Positions 18,654 to 29,638 are shown, counted from the stretch's first letter. The stretch: DNA of 64,000 nucleotides from Fervidobacterium sp. (GCA_049970055.1 JBMFNR010000001.1:224001-288000), one strand, 5' to 3'. Numbers and translations are program-made. The notes: generated by a model from the letters alone, not told the origin.

Positions 18654-20534
18654 TTATTTTTTCTTTATGTACGTCAACAAAGCGAGGATATCAGCAGGTG
18701 TCACACCTGATATCCTCGAGGCTTGTCCAAGTGACAAAGGCCTGATTTTTTCGAGCTTTTCTCGAGCCTCCGTTGATAAGTTAGGAACTTGTGTAAAATT
18801 TACATTAACAAGTGGTAATTTTTCGTATTCTTCAAAGACTTGCACTTGTTCGAGCATGGAATTTATGTAACCTTCGTATTTTAATTGTATCTCTATTTGT
18901 TGTACAACTTCCGGATCCTCTATCGGTTCAGGGTCGAATTGTCTGAAATGTTCGTAATTAACTTCCGGTCTTCTAAGAAGTTTTGCAAGTCTCGTTCCTT
19001 CCGCTAATGGTGTACTTCCAAGTGAGTGCAACACTTCGTTTACCTGGGGCAATGCGGGTATTTTAACATTTTCGAGCCTTTCAAGATGGTATTTCACATT
19101 TTGTTCAAGTTTTACAACTTTATCGTAGAACCACCTTGGTATTAAGCCTACTTCATATCCATACTTTGCGAGTCTTAAATGAGCATTATCGTGCCTCAAA
19201 AGTAATCTATACTCTGCCCTTGATGAAAGTAATCTGTAAGGCTCATCTACGCCTTTTGTTACCAAATCATCTATAAGTACTCCGATGTAGCTTTCCGAAC
19301 GCTTTAGCACGAGTGGTTTTTCTCCTCTAAGTTTCAACCCTGCGTTTATGCCTGCAATTAGTCCTTGCGCTGCGGCTTCTTCATAACCACTTGTACCGTT
19401 AATTTGACCTGCAAAGTAAAGGTTTTCAACAATTTTTGATTCAAGTGTAGGGTACAATTGAGTTGGGTCTATGTAATCGTATTCTACCGCGTAGGCGGGT
19501 CTAACGATAACTACATTTTCCAAACCTGGAACCGTTCTAAGCATCTTTATTTGAGCAGCATATGGAAGACTTGTTGAAAGTCCATTCAGGTAGTACTCTT
19601 GTGTATCTCTTCCTTCAGGTTCGACAAAAACTTGGTGACTTTCACGATTGAATTTTACGACTTTATCTTCTATTGAAGGGCAATACCTTGGTCCCTTTGC
19701 CTCAATCAGTTTTACTTCACCATAAAGAGGCGAGAACATAAGATAGTCTCTTATGATTTTATGGGTTTTAGGAACAGTGTGTGTTAACCAACATGGATAA
19801 TCCTTTTCAAGAATGCGAGGTTCATTAAAATGCGAAAATGCCCATGGCTTGTCATCCGTGTCTTGCCTTATCATTTTTGAGAAATCTATACTCTTCTTCA
19901 GCACTCTTGCGGGAGTACCAGTCTTAAACCTTCCGACTGTGAATCCAAGTTTTATTAAAGACGCGGTAAGCCCTTTTGCTGAAAAGTCCCCCATTCTTCC
20001 TGCATCCATTGTTTCTCGACCAATAAATATCCTTCCTCTGAGGAAAGTACCGGTAGTTAGAATAACTGCCCTTGCCAGATATTCTATTCCAAAGCTGTCG
20101 ATCACTCCTTTAACTTTATTGTTTTCCACCAAAATTTCTTCAACAACTCCGTACCTAAGTAGTAAATTTTCCTGCTCTTCTAATTTTCGTTTCATAGTTC
20201 TTGAGTAAGAGTATTTATCTATTTGAGCTCTTAGTGCTTGGACAGCGGGTCCTTTGCTTGTATTTAGCATTCTTACATTTATCATGGTTTCATCGGTTGT
20301 TTTCGCCATTTCTCCACCGAGAGCATCTATTTCCCGTACAACAATGCCTTTTGCTGAACCGCCAATCGCAGGGTTACACGATGCCCAGCCTACATTGTCC
20401 GGATTGCCAGTTAAAAGCAACGTCTTAAATCCCATTCTCGCACACGCAAGAACAGCTTCTATTCCGGCATGTCCACCACCGACAACTATAACATCAAATT
20501 TGTAATCATCTTCCGGTCTTGCAAAAAAGTTCAT
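18654..20534 (-). CDS. mnmG: tRNA uridine-5-carboxymethylaminomethyl modification enzyme
   Basis: [48 protein letters not shown]. Confidence 0.97.
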   Translation of the reverse strand: MNFFARPEDDYKFDVIVVGGGHAGIEAVLACARMGFKTLLLTGNPDNVGWASCNPAIGGSAKGIVVREIDALGGEMAKTTDETMINVRMLNTSKGPAVQALRAQIDKYSYSRTMKRKLEEQENLLLRYGVVEEILVENNKVKGVIDSFGIEYLARAVILTTGTFLRGRIFIGRETMDAGRMGDFSAKGLTASLIKLGFTVGRFKTGTPARVLKKSIDFSKMIRQDTDDKPWAFSHFNEPRILEKDYPCWLTHTVPKTHKIIRDYLMFSPLYGEVKLIEAKGPRYCPSIEDKVVKFNRESHQVFVEPEGRDTQEYYLNGLSTSLPYAAQIKMLRTVPGLENVVIVRPAYAVEYDYIDPTQLYPTLESKIVENLYFAGQINGTSGYEEAAAQGLIAGINAGLKLRGEKPLVLKRSESYIGVLIDDLVTKGVDEPYRLLSSRAEYRLLLRHDNAHLRLAKYGYEVGLIPRWFYDKVVKLEQNVKYHLERLENVKIPALPQVNEVLHSLGSTPLAEGTRLAKLLRRPEVNYEHFRQFDPEPIEDPEVVQQIEIQLKYEGYINSMLEQVQVFEEYEKLPLVNVNFTQVPNLSTEAREKLEKIRPLSLGQASRISGVTPADILALLTYIKKK

Positions 20535-20559
20535 TGCTTATACCTCCTGTGTTTCGCCT

Positions 20560-21873
20560 TTAAGTTATCTTCCCTTTTTCAAATACTAGCTCTCCGTTGA
20601 CAAACGTCTGTATTGGGTCATTTTCGAATGGATCACTTGCGTAAAGACAAAAATCGGCAAGGTATCCTTCTTCTATTTTTCCTGCATTAAATTTTGACAT
20701 TTTTGCGCCGGCTTCCGTGTAGAGATGAATTGCATCCGATCTTGAAAATCCCATTTTCAGCGCGTGCTCAATTACGTACTTTGGATCCGCGGGTGATACA
20801 GGCGAATCTGTCGAAAATGCAACTTCAAAACCTGCGTTATACATCTCAAAGAACGGATATGCTAAGTCACATCTTACATGTTTTAGCATATCCAGATCTT
20901 CAAAGTAAAAGTGTGGTTGTACAGATATATAGAAACTTTTCAACTTTTCAAAATCTTGTTTTCTGATAAACTGGACGTGTATAAGCCTGTGTCTTCGTTT
21001 TAATGTATTTTTAGTAAGTATTTCTATAACTTCATGTACGGCTCTGTCACCTATCGTATGTATATTCAATTGCAATCCATTATTTTCTGCATATGTGATA
21101 ATTTCGTTCATATTTTCAGGTATTGTAAACAACCCATTTGTACCATTATCTAAATATGATTCAAACATGTAGGCCGTTCTACCGCCTAAGGAACCATCCG
21201 CGTAAATCTTTATTCCACCGATTTTCGAAATACCAAAATTTCCGAATTCGTAATTCCACGGCTCATTTGTACACAATTTTTCAAATACCCTTATTTTACT
21301 ATTGTTCAAAAGATTTTTTAGCAACTTGAACGAGATGCCATGAAAATCATCCGAGTGAACTTGTGTGACACCGTGCTTTAAAAATTCCATCTGCCCATAT
21401 TCGAAAGCCTTTTGATAAAATTCGTCACCGAGAAAATTCCAAACTTTGTCAAGTTGACTTTCGTAAATAAAATTATCGCTCAAATTTAGTTTTGATTTCA
21501 AAAAGTTGTTAACAAACGCAACATGTCCGCACTTTCTAATCAAAAATACAGGTTTTGATAAACTGTTTGCAAAATTCACAGTTTGGTTATCGGGTACATT
21601 CTCCCAGCCCCGTGCTATTATGAATTCCTCCGATGATTTTAAAACATCTTCTAATTTTTCTTTTACCAGGTCATGTGTTAGTATTTTCATTCCTGTGCCT
21701 ACCACATGTGCATGAGAATCAATGAAACCAGGCATGAGAAATAAACCTGTGGCATTCACCACAGGTCCATTCTCTGTGTAATCACTTTTACGCACAAACT
21801 TGCCGTCTTTAATGAACAAATCACGTTTCTCAAAAAACATGCCGTTCCAAACCCAAGCGTTTTTGATTATCAA
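20560..21873 (-). CDS. Amidohydrolase family 3 (YtcJ-like) metal hydrolase
   Basis: PGFIDSHAH, KIYADGSLG, HTIGDRA, RLIH, STDSPV; TTG start after AGGTGG. Confidence 0.85.
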   Translation of the reverse strand: MIIKNAWVWNGMFFEKRDLFIKDGKFVRKSDYTENGPVVNATGLFLMPGFIDSHAHVVGTGMKILTHDLVKEKLEDVLKSSEEFIIARGWENVPDNQTVNFANSLSKPVFLIRKCGHVAFVNNFLKSKLNLSDNFIYESQLDKVWNFLGDEFYQKAFEYGQMEFLKHGVTQVHSDDFHGISFKLLKNLLNNSKIRVFEKLCTNEPWNYEFGNFGISKIGGIKIYADGSLGGRTAYMFESYLDNGTNGLFTIPENMNEIITYAENNGLQLNIHTIGDRAVHEVIEILTKNTLKRRHRLIHVQFIRKQDFEKLKSFYISVQPHFYFEDLDMLKHVRCDLAYPFFEMYNAGFEVAFSTDSPVSPADPKYVIEHALKMGFSRSDAIHLYTEAGAKMSKFNAGKIEEGYLADFCLYASDPFENDPIQTFVNGELVFEKGKIT

Positions 21874-21902
21874 AATTACCACCTTTTTTACTCCAGTAGT
21901 CA

Positions 21903-22862
21903 TTAAGATAACAAACCGGCGAGTTTAACGAGTTCCATATCAAGTTTCTTCTTTTCTTTTAATACTGCGTCAAGCTTTACTGTTACTATTTTACCACCCT
22001 GAAGTGCTGTCATAACAAAACTTTCACCACTCATCAGTGCGTCTACTGCGGTAACACCCATCCTTGAAGCAAGAAGTCTGTCGAATGCTGTTGGCGAACC
22101 TCCTCTTTGAATGTGGCCAAGGATCGTTATTCTTGTTTCGTAACCTATTCTGTATTCAAGGTGTCTTGCGACAGTATATGCACTTGCAGCACCTTCAGCA
22201 ACAACAACAATACAGTTAATCTTCCCTCTTTCTCTTTCTTCCAATAGTTTATTGCCTAGTTCCTCATAATTTACTGGTACTTCCGGGATAATAACGGCTT
22301 CAGCTCCGGTAACGAGTCCACTTACAGCAGCTATATAACCCGATGTTCTTCCCATTACCTCTATAATAAACGCCCTCTCGTGAGAACTAGCTGTATCTTT
22401 CAATTTTTGAATGGCATCGACAACGGTGTTCAGACATGTATCTACGCCAATACTCATGTCTGTCATTGCTATGTCATTGTCTATTGTCCCTGGGATACCG
22501 ACTACAGGTATCTTTTGCTCCTCTTCAAGAAACATTGCACCGTGTAAACTACCTTCTCCGCCTATGACAACAAGTCCATCGATGCCATGCTTTTTCAATA
22601 TCTTTGCTGCTTCAGCTCTTGTTTCCTTTCGAACAAACTCCGGACATCTGCTGGACCTGAGTATAGTTCCGCCTTTTTCCATAATTCCACCGACGGAAGC
22701 GAACGTCATAGGTTCAATTGCTTCATCCAGAAGACCAGCGTAACCTCTCTTGATACCGTAAACTTCAAGACCTTGCTTAATACCATACCTAACAACAGCT
22801 CTTATAGCGGCATTCATACCAGGAGAATCCCCACCACTTGTCATCACAGCTATTCTCTTCAA
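21903..22862 (-). CDS. pfkA: ATP-dependent 6-phosphofructokinase
   Basis: [30 protein letters not shown]. Confidence 0.95.
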   Translation of the reverse strand: MKRIAVMTSGGDSPGMNAAIRAVVRYGIKQGLEVYGIKRGYAGLLDEAIEPMTFASVGGIMEKGGTILRSSRCPEFVRKETRAEAAKILKKHGIDGLVVIGGEGSLHGAMFLEEEQKIPVVGIPGTIDNDIAMTDMSIGVDTCLNTVVDAIQKLKDTASSHERAFIIEVMGRTSGYIAAVSGLVTGAEAVIIPEVPVNYEELGNKLLEERERGKINCIVVVAEGAASAYTVARHLEYRIGYETRITILGHIQRGGSPTAFDRLLASRMGVTAVDALMSGESFVMTALQGGKIVTVKLDAVLKEKKKLDMELVKLAGLLS

Positions 22863-22928
22863 GTCGACCGCCTCCTTGCAAAATATAAATTTAAAGACCG
22901 TAAGAACCGTTCAATGCAATCAGTAGCG

Positions 22929-22957
22929 ATTATACCATATTTTAATTGTACAGTCTA
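22929..22957 (-). promoter_or_regulatory. Putative sigma-70 promoter for pfkA
   Basis: Minus strand TAGACT-N17-TATAAT with extended -10 TG. Confidence 0.55.
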
Positions 22958-22977
22958 CAACTTACTTTTTATTCTCG

Positions 22978-25344
22978 CTATTTCGCTTTTTTCCTTGATT
23001 TTGCTTTTCCTTCCGACAGATCGTGTGAGCGCTTAAGTGCTTGAACAACGTAGTAGTTAACAGTTCCACGCGGATATTCATAGTTTTTATTCATATCACC
23101 AGCAGGTTTATCTGTCATCAGTTCAATGGCCTCGTCTACCTCATCTACTGTCCATATGTGGAATTTTCCATCTTTTATATCTTGAGTTATTTCGTCGATA
23201 AGTACAAGGTTTCTGATATTTGCACGTGGGATTATGACTCCTTGCGTACCATTTAGTCCCTTCAATTTGCATATTCTGTAAAAGCCCTCCACTTTTTGGG
23301 TAACACCACCCACTGGCTGTACGTGTCCATGTTGGTTTATTGAACCCGTCACAGCAATGTTTTGCTTCAACGGAACTTTTGAGAGTGCGGAGATAATTGC
23401 TAACACTTCTGCCAAAGAAGCGCTATCTCCTTCAACGTAACTGTAAACTTGCTCAAAAGAAATGGAAACACCCATTGAAAACGGTACCTTCCTTGCGTAT
23501 TTGCTCCCGAGATAGCCTGTTAAGATCATCACTGCCTTGCTGTGAATTTGTCCACTTAAATCAGCTTCTCTTTGAATATCTAATATCCCGGAACTTCCGA
23601 GGTAGGTTTTGGCAGTTATTCTTACAGGTAGACCAAATTCATAGTCTCCAAAATTAACAACGGTGAGTCCATTTACTTGCCCAACAACTTTACCACCAAT
23701 ATCTATCATTATATCTTCTTTTTTGAACATTTCATCGTACTTTTCGACAATTAATTTCATGCGTTCTTCTCTTTCCTTTAGTGCTTTCAATATATCTTCG
23801 TATTCTATATACTTTGAGTCTCTTTCACTTGCAAAATAGTTAGCCTCTTCTATAAGGTCAATTATCGAGCCTAGTTTCATCGAAAGTTTTGTTCTATCAC
23901 CGGACAGACGCATTGAGTACCAAACCACTTTTTCGAGAGCACTTCTCTTCAGTGGCAATATTTCTTTTTCCTTTGCGTAATCAGCAATAAATGAAAAAAG
24001 ATCGTGTACGTTTTCGACAGTAGTGTCAATTTCCCAATCGAGTTCCACTTTCACCTTAAAGAGTTTTTCGAAATCTGGATCGTATTCAAAAAGTACTTCG
24101 TAAATCTCTGGGCTGCCAATGAGAATGACTTTAACTTTCAGTGGGATTGGATCGGTTTTCAGCGAAGCTATTACGGAATATCCATAAGCAGTATCGATGT
24201 TTTCTATTTCCAATTGTTTTGCAAAAAGTACCTTTTTGAGTCTGTCCCATACAAATGGGTGTACTAGCAATTCTTGAGCATCTACGATCAGATACCCACC
24301 GTTAGCTGAATGGAGTACCCCAGGTTTAATGAGACTGAAGTCTGTGTACAGCATTCCTTCTCTTTCAATGTACTCTATCTTACCGAACAAATTGTGATAC
24401 GTCGGTGTATCTTCAAACACAACAGGTGCGCCATTTAATGAAGAGTTATCAACTATTAAATTAATTGAATAAGCCCTCTTAAAATAATACTCAAGCTCTT
24501 GGATCTTCTTAGCCAAAGTTACCTTTTCAATTATGTCTTCCTTTATCCTATGAATGAATTCCAGTACATCACTGTAAGGATAATTTTTCTCAACAACAAA
24601 GAAGAGTTCTTCAGTAGCAAATAACAAAGCGTATCTGTTTAAATCTCTTATCTGTTCTTTATAACGTGCTTCAAGTCTCCTTACATTTTCAACAGCAGCT
24701 TCTATTAAAAGCTGCACTTTTTTTTCATTTTCTTCGTAGTAACGTTTTTCTTCATCTCCTAACTTTTCAAATTCTTCGTCTTTGAGCACCTTACCATCTT
24801 TTGCTGGATAGTAATTTACACCTGTTTGCGTTATTTTTATCAAATAACCAAGTGCACCTGCTTTTTCCACCAATTCTCGCGTGAAAAGATCTTGTTGGTG
24901 TTCGAAATCTTCATCGATCTCTCTACGTCGTGTTTTGTAGTCATCGCTTTCAAAAACTTTCAGTATTCTTTCCGTCAAATTGTCAACGAGTTTTTCCATG
25001 TCTTTCTTTAAGTCAACTCCTTTTCCAGCCGGCAGAAATATAACCTTAGCTCTCATAGGATCTTCGAAATCCATAACGTATGCAACATCCGAAGGTGTAG
25101 GTCTTTTCTGGGCGTACTGATTGACAAAGTGCTTTACAAAAGTTTTTCTCCCCGTTCCAGAAGGTCCAACCACGAATATATTGTAACCGTCTCTATCCAT
25201 GTCCAGCCCGAATTTTAGAGCCTTTATGGCTCTTGACCTTCCAATAAAAGATTGGGTTTCCTTTATATCCTCCGTTGATTTTATATCTCCCAGTAGTGTT
25301 TGATCAACACTAAGTTCCTCGGCTCTAAGCTTCTTCAAAGGCAT
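22978..25344 (-). CDS. Lon-like protease, LonC type (AAA-like + S16 domain)
   Basis: GPSGTGRKT variant Walker A, HSANGGYLIVDA, GDSAS catalytic Ser, GGVTQK catalytic Lys. Confidence 0.85.
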   Translation of the reverse strand: MPLKKLRAEELSVDQTLLGDIKSTEDIKETQSFIGRSRAIKALKFGLDMDRDGYNIFVVGPSGTGRKTFVKHFVNQYAQKRPTPSDVAYVMDFEDPMRAKVIFLPAGKGVDLKKDMEKLVDNLTERILKVFESDDYKTRRREIDEDFEHQQDLFTRELVEKAGALGYLIKITQTGVNYYPAKDGKVLKDEEFEKLGDEEKRYYEENEKKVQLLIEAAVENVRRLEARYKEQIRDLNRYALLFATEELFFVVEKNYPYSDVLEFIHRIKEDIIEKVTLAKKIQELEYYFKRAYSINLIVDNSSLNGAPVVFEDTPTYHNLFGKIEYIEREGMLYTDFSLIKPGVLHSANGGYLIVDAQELLVHPFVWDRLKKVLFAKQLEIENIDTAYGYSVIASLKTDPIPLKVKVILIGSPEIYEVLFEYDPDFEKLFKVKVELDWEIDTTVENVHDLFSFIADYAKEKEILPLKRSALEKVVWYSMRLSGDRTKLSMKLGSIIDLIEEANYFASERDSKYIEYEDILKALKEREERMKLIVEKYDEMFKKEDIMIDIGGKVVGQVNGLTVVNFGDYEFGLPVRITAKTYLGSSGILDIQREADLSGQIHSKAVMILTGYLGSKYARKVPFSMGVSISFEQVYSYVEGDSASLAEVLAIISALSKVPLKQNIAVTGSINQHGHVQPVGGVTQKVEGFYRICKLKGLNGTQGVIIPRANIRNLVLIDEITQDIKDGKFHIWTVDEVDEAIELMTDKPAGDMNKNYEYPRGTVNYYVVQALKRSHDLSEGKAKSRKKAK

Positions 25345-26143
25345 ATATTTCGACCCCCTTATCAATGAAGTGATACTCTCCATCATTTCTTAATGCAAAG
25401 TACGTACTTCCAGAACCTGTTAATGCTGCTGGGTATTTAGTTCTGAGATTTTGAATTTCATTGAATAATTTCTTTGGAATGATATATTCAAACACATTGT
25501 AAGTTCCTTTCCCTATTTTAACAATATTTCCCTCTTTATAAGCTTCGTAAAGTTCTAACGAACTCATTGGAGCTTTCCCAAACCATTCCAACTTAAGCTT
25601 AGAATACGCCTCTTTTGTAGATATTGGAAAATCTGGAAAGTACAATTTCACTTTAAAATCATACCAATTTGTTAAAGGTGGAAGCGGAGTAACAATTTCT
25701 CCTCTTCCTCTTACAATTGCTGTCCCACCGTATATAAAAAATGGAACATCACTTCCAACGCTTTGGGCAATCTCAGGTATTTCTTCTCTCGATATGATCC
25801 CAGCTTTGGAGAGTGCTACTATGAAACCTGCCGCGTTACTACTCCCTCCACCAAGCCCGCCGCCAATTGGAATGTTTTTTTCGAGTTTTATGTAAACATC
25901 CTTGTCTTTGCAACCAATTACCTTCCAAACTTTGTAAAGAATATTGTCTTCAATGTTAACATTCGAACTGATATTCACATTTCCATCTCCGGCTTTAAGA
26001 ACGATCTCCATCTCGTCGTAAAGTGAAATATTTTGGAAAAGAGAATCTATCTCGTGAAAACCGTCGGATCTTTTATAAAGAATGTCTAAACACAAATTCA
26101 GCTTTGCAAACGTTCTAAGTACAAGGCGACAACCTTTGCCCAT
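25325..26143 (-). CDS. ispE: 4-diphosphocytidyl-2-C-methyl-D-erythritol kinase
   Basis: AKLNLCL, GFHEIDS, KNIPIGGGLGGGSSNAA, GSDVPFF, LTGSGS. Confidence 0.92.
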   Translation of the reverse strand: MGKGCRLVLRTFAKLNLCLDILYKRSDGFHEIDSLFQNISLYDEMEIVLKAGDGNVNISSNVNIEDNILYKVWKVIGCKDKDVYIKLEKNIPIGGGLGGGSSNAAGFIVALSKAGIISREEIPEIAQSVGSDVPFFIYGGTAIVRGRGEIVTPLPPLTNWYDFKVKLYFPDFPISTKEAYSKLKLEWFGKAPMSSLELYEAYKEGNIVKIGKGTYNVFEYIIPKKLFNEIQNLRTKYPAALTGSGSTYFALRNDGEYHFIDKGVEIYAFEEA

Positions 26144-26685
26144 CCTTCCATCTCCTCAATATAATCAGCTAACTTTTTTGAGCGTATCTCAATAAAGTTT
26201 TCAGACTCGGTGATACCATAGTACACAACATGTGCGATGTACAAAACACCGACGTGCACCCTGCTGACGGAATTTTCTACTTCATTTATTAATCCCACAT
26301 ACTTCAAACTTTTCACATCAACCTTAACTTCTTCGTTCAACTCTCTCCAAAGACCTTTCTTCAGACATTCAATTGGGTCTTTGGAATCTTCCTCGTTTAA
26401 GTGCCCTCCTACTCCCAAAGTTATGAGGTTATGCAGTCGTTTTTCCGTTTGATGTGCAGTTCTTCTGAAGAAGATGTATTCGTCGCCTTGTGTTAGAACG
26501 ACGTAAGGAATAACCTGCCTTATCGATTCATCATATTCAGCTATTGAACGCTCAACAAAAAATCCATCCTTCAAAACCTCAAGAAATTCTTCCTCAGGTA
26601 CTTCTACAACACCTGTTCTTCCCCGACACAATGTTTCCACTCGCTTTGTTTTAATCACCAAGACTTTTTCATCCAGACTTCCCAT
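26098..26685 (-). CDS. NUDIX-fold phosphoesterase-like protein
   Basis: RQVIPYVV, EKRLH, LGVGGH, RELNEEV, VSRVHVG. Confidence 0.75.
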   Translation of the reverse strand: MGSLDEKVLVIKTKRVETLCRGRTGVVEVPEEEFLEVLKDGFFVERSIAEYDESIRQVIPYVVLTQGDEYIFFRRTAHQTEKRLHNLITLGVGGHLNEEDSKDPIECLKKGLWRELNEEVKVDVKSLKYVGLINEVENSVSRVHVGVLYIAHVVYYGITESENFIEIRSKKLADYIEEMEGWAKVVALYLERLQS

Positions 26686-26702
26686 TCACTTTCCTCCTAT
26701 AA

Positions 26703-28067
26703 TCAGTATTCTTCTATATCTGCCATTAGTAATTCACGTGCTATAGCATTATCTACTTTACTTGCAATCAAACCAATTGCTGCGAATATATAATATTTAT
26801 CTTTCATAAATTTTATTTCCTCTGGTGGCAATAATTCCATGGGGTGTAACTTTGAAAGGTGTTTTACACTTTCTAGTACCTCCTTTGCGTATTTTGAGCG
26901 TGAAAGAAATCCACCAGTTCCGAAAATGACTTTAACAGCCGTTAGATCTTTGCCTTCAGCAATTGTTCTCCTACCTGTTGGAGTATAAAGGTGCTTTTTA
27001 CTACCGGCGTGCCTTCTTACCCCTTGCTGCACACAAAACATCGCAAGTTTGCTGACAAAATATTCATCTTTATCTGATTGTGGGTAAGGACTAATCCTTG
27101 TTATCAATTCATCGTAATCTTCAAATTGTTTTCGTAAATTTTCCTCTCCAATCATTTCAATAACGTTGTGTGCATTTACGAAAAGTCCGAGGTCTCCCTC
27201 AACGGTTCTTTTTGCGAATGGCTCTGGAGAAACCAACATTTCCTGAATCTCCGGTGAACCATCTGTAACTGAATCAACATCCGTTGTTGCACCACCAATA
27301 TCTATTGTTAAACAATCTCCGTAAAGTTCGTAAGCAAGTTCCGTTGTTCTCATAACAGCGGCGGGAGTCGGTATAATCTCATAGTTTACCATATCTTTAA
27401 TTTTCTCCATCCCGGGTGCTTTTATTATATGCTCGGCAAACACTTCTTTGATCACATTTCTCGTTGGTTCCACATTAAGGTAATCTATCCTTGGATAGAC
27501 ATTCTCTGTTACGTAAACTTTTTTTCCTGCGCTAGTCAAAATGTACTCCACATGTTCTGCTGCTGCCACATTTCCTGAGTAGATTATTGGAACGTCCAAT
27601 TCAAGTTTTGCAATCATCTTCGCATTGTGAATGACCGTCTCGCTCTCGCCGTAATCAACGCCACCAGCCAGTAATATTAACTTCGGTTGTATAGATACAA
27701 TCTTTTTCAAATGAAAATCGTCCATTTTTCCAGCCGTTACATACTTTATAACTGCTCCCGCACCGAGCGCAGCTTCACGTGCTGCACGAACGGTCATATC
27801 GTACACAAGACCGTGGACGGTCATTTTCAGTCCTCCGGCGGCACTACTTGTCGCAGCAAACTTCTCCCATACAATCTTTCCTTGCAATTTTTCTTCCAAT
27901 TTTTTCAGAGCGTACTCTATACCTATAGTTACATCTCCTTCATTCACTGTTGTCCAATGTTCTGCTTGAGCAACCACTTTTGGCTTGTGACCAAAACAAA
28001 ATGCCGTTAATACAGTTGTGGTTGAACCAATTTCTGCAAAAAGTAAGTCAACTTTCTCTTTTTTCAT
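26703..28067 (-). CDS. GlmL/MutL-like (OraF-type) putative reactivating factor of B12-dependent ornithine aminomutase
   Basis: AEIGSTTT, SSAAGGLKM, AGGVDYG, PTP, DIGGATTDV, KRTVEGDLG actin-fold motifs. Confidence 0.82.
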   Translation of the reverse strand: MKKEKVDLLFAEIGSTTTVLTAFCFGHKPKVVAQAEHWTTVNEGDVTIGIEYALKKLEEKLQGKIVWEKFAATSSAAGGLKMTVHGLVYDMTVRAAREAALGAGAVIKYVTAGKMDDFHLKKIVSIQPKLILLAGGVDYGESETVIHNAKMIAKLELDVPIIYSGNVAAAEHVEYILTSAGKKVYVTENVYPRIDYLNVEPTRNVIKEVFAEHIIKAPGMEKIKDMVNYEIIPTPAAVMRTTELAYELYGDCLTIDIGGATTDVDSVTDGSPEIQEMLVSPEPFAKRTVEGDLGLFVNAHNVIEMIGEENLRKQFEDYDELITRISPYPQSDKDEYFVSKLAMFCVQQGVRRHAGSKKHLYTPTGRRTIAEGKDLTAVKVIFGTGGFLSRSKYAKEVLESVKHLSKLHPMELLPPEEIKFMKDKYYIFAAIGLIASKVDNAIARELLMADIEEY

Positions 28068-28259
28068 TCTGCCCCACTCCCTACACTGGTAAATATCAAG
28101 TTTATCATCAAGTCTATTATACAACAAATGTTAACCAAGGCTATATCAATTTAGATGAAAAGGTAAACTAATAATTATTTAAGAGCGTTTTAAAACCATA
28201 CGGTGAAAACTTATGAAAGAGTAAGGAAAAGTAAGGATTTTCAATATCTTTATTATTTT

Positions 28260-28348
28260 TTTCTTTCTGAAAGAAATATTTTAAAGATCAGTATATTTAG
28301 TTTCACAATGGGTAGTGTGGTATATTTCAATTAGTCACGTGGAGTGAC
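28260..28348 (+). promoter_or_regulatory. Promoter region of the sugar ABC operon with two candidate operators
   Basis: TTTCTTTC-T-GAAAGAAA (28260-28276); extended -10 TGgTATATT (28318-28326); GTCAC-N5-GTGAC (28334-28348). Confidence 0.5.
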
Positions 28349-28389
28349 ATGTTGGTCGCCCACACTAAGTTAAGGGAGGTTGAGTTTTT

Positions 28390-29469
28390 ATGAAAAGGTT
28401 GGTACTTTTGGGATTGTTTACGGTGTTGATTCTTTCGGCTGTATTGAACTTCGCCGTTGATATTGGTATTGTACTTCCAACAAATGTTGAACCACGCTGG
28501 ATTCAAGATGAAACGAGGTTTAGAGAATTGCTAAAAAACACAAAGTATTCTGTTGAAATTCTTTTCAGCCAAGGTACTCCTGCGAAGGAAAGAGAAAATG
28601 TCGAAGCATTACTTTCAAAAGGTGCAAAGGTTATTATCATTTGTCCACACGACGCAGTTGCTGCAGCAGTTTCAGCGGAATTGGCTAAAAAATCCGGCGC
28701 ATATGTGATTTCTTACGACAGACTTATCATGAACACAGCAGCGGTAGATTACTATGTGACATTTGACAGTATTGAAGTCGGCAGAGCAATGGGAAGATTT
28801 CTCGTACAAAATGTAAAACCAGGAACCAAGAATAACCCACTCTACCTATATGCAGGTGCCCTTTCCGACAACAATTCGTTCCTTTTCTTCCAAGGTGCAT
28901 GGGAGATACTCCAACCAAAGATAGCAGATGGTACGTTCAGGATAATTAACTCAAGCGAAGCTGAAAAAGTTAAGAACAAAAAAGATCTTACAAGAGATGA
29001 AATGTCAAAAATAATCGGACAAGTTACAACAAACTGGGATTTCAATGTTGCGAAGAAAAAAGCTGAGGATGACCTTACGAAAGCAAAGAACACAGACAAG
29101 GGTGTAGTCTATATTCTTGCTCCAAATGATGGTACAGCAAGAGCCATTGCTGATGCATTCAGAGCCGACAAAGCTGTTAAAGAGTATTTCATAACAGGTC
29201 AAGATGCCGAAAAGGCTTCCGTACAATACATAATTGATGGTAAACAGTCGATGACAGTTTTCAAGGACACAAGAGTTCTTGCTGGTGACGCTATTAAAGT
29301 TGCTCAGTTACTTCTTGAAGGTAAAAAACCAACAACAACTGCAACGTATGATAACGGAAAGATAAAAGTTCCCGCTATTCAATCAGAAATCCAAGTTGTA
29401 ACTAAAGACAATGTGAAGAAGATTCTCATTGAATCAGGATACTACAAAGAATCAGATTTCAAATGGTAA
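28390..29469 (+). CDS. Monosaccharide ABC transporter substrate-binding protein (ChvE/XylF-like)
   Basis: Signal peptide; PRWIQD, ISYDRLI, DNNS, PNDGTA, TGQDAE, SMTVFKDTR. Confidence 0.88.
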   Translation: MKRLVLLGLFTVLILSAVLNFAVDIGIVLPTNVEPRWIQDETRFRELLKNTKYSVEILFSQGTPAKERENVEALLSKGAKVIIICPHDAVAAAVSAELAKKSGAYVISYDRLIMNTAAVDYYVTFDSIEVGRAMGRFLVQNVKPGTKNNPLYLYAGALSDNNSFLFFQGAWEILQPKIADGTFRIINSSEAEKVKNKKDLTRDEMSKIIGQVTTNWDFNVAKKKAEDDLTKAKNTDKGVVYILAPNDGTARAIADAFRADKAVKEYFITGQDAEKASVQYIIDGKQSMTVFKDTRVLAGDAIKVAQLLLEGKKPTTTATYDNGKIKVPAIQSEIQVVTKDNVKKILIESGYYKESDFKW

Positions 29470-29517
29470 AACATCGAGATAAATTAGAAAAGTAACCTTT
29501 TAATTTAAATAAGGTGG

Positions 29518-29547
29518 ATAAGGTGGCGTGAAAGACCGCCACCTTAT
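29518..29547 (+). terminator. Intercistronic stem-loop after the substrate-binding gene
   Basis: ATAAGGTGGCG-N8-CGCCACCTTAT; no strong U-tract. Confidence 0.55.
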
Positions 29548-29638
29548 TCAAAGAATGAAAATGTATTAATTCACTAAAGTATAGCTAAAAGGTATAATTT
29601 GAGTGTAAAAAGGCATAAAAGAGAGGTGAAATACCGAG

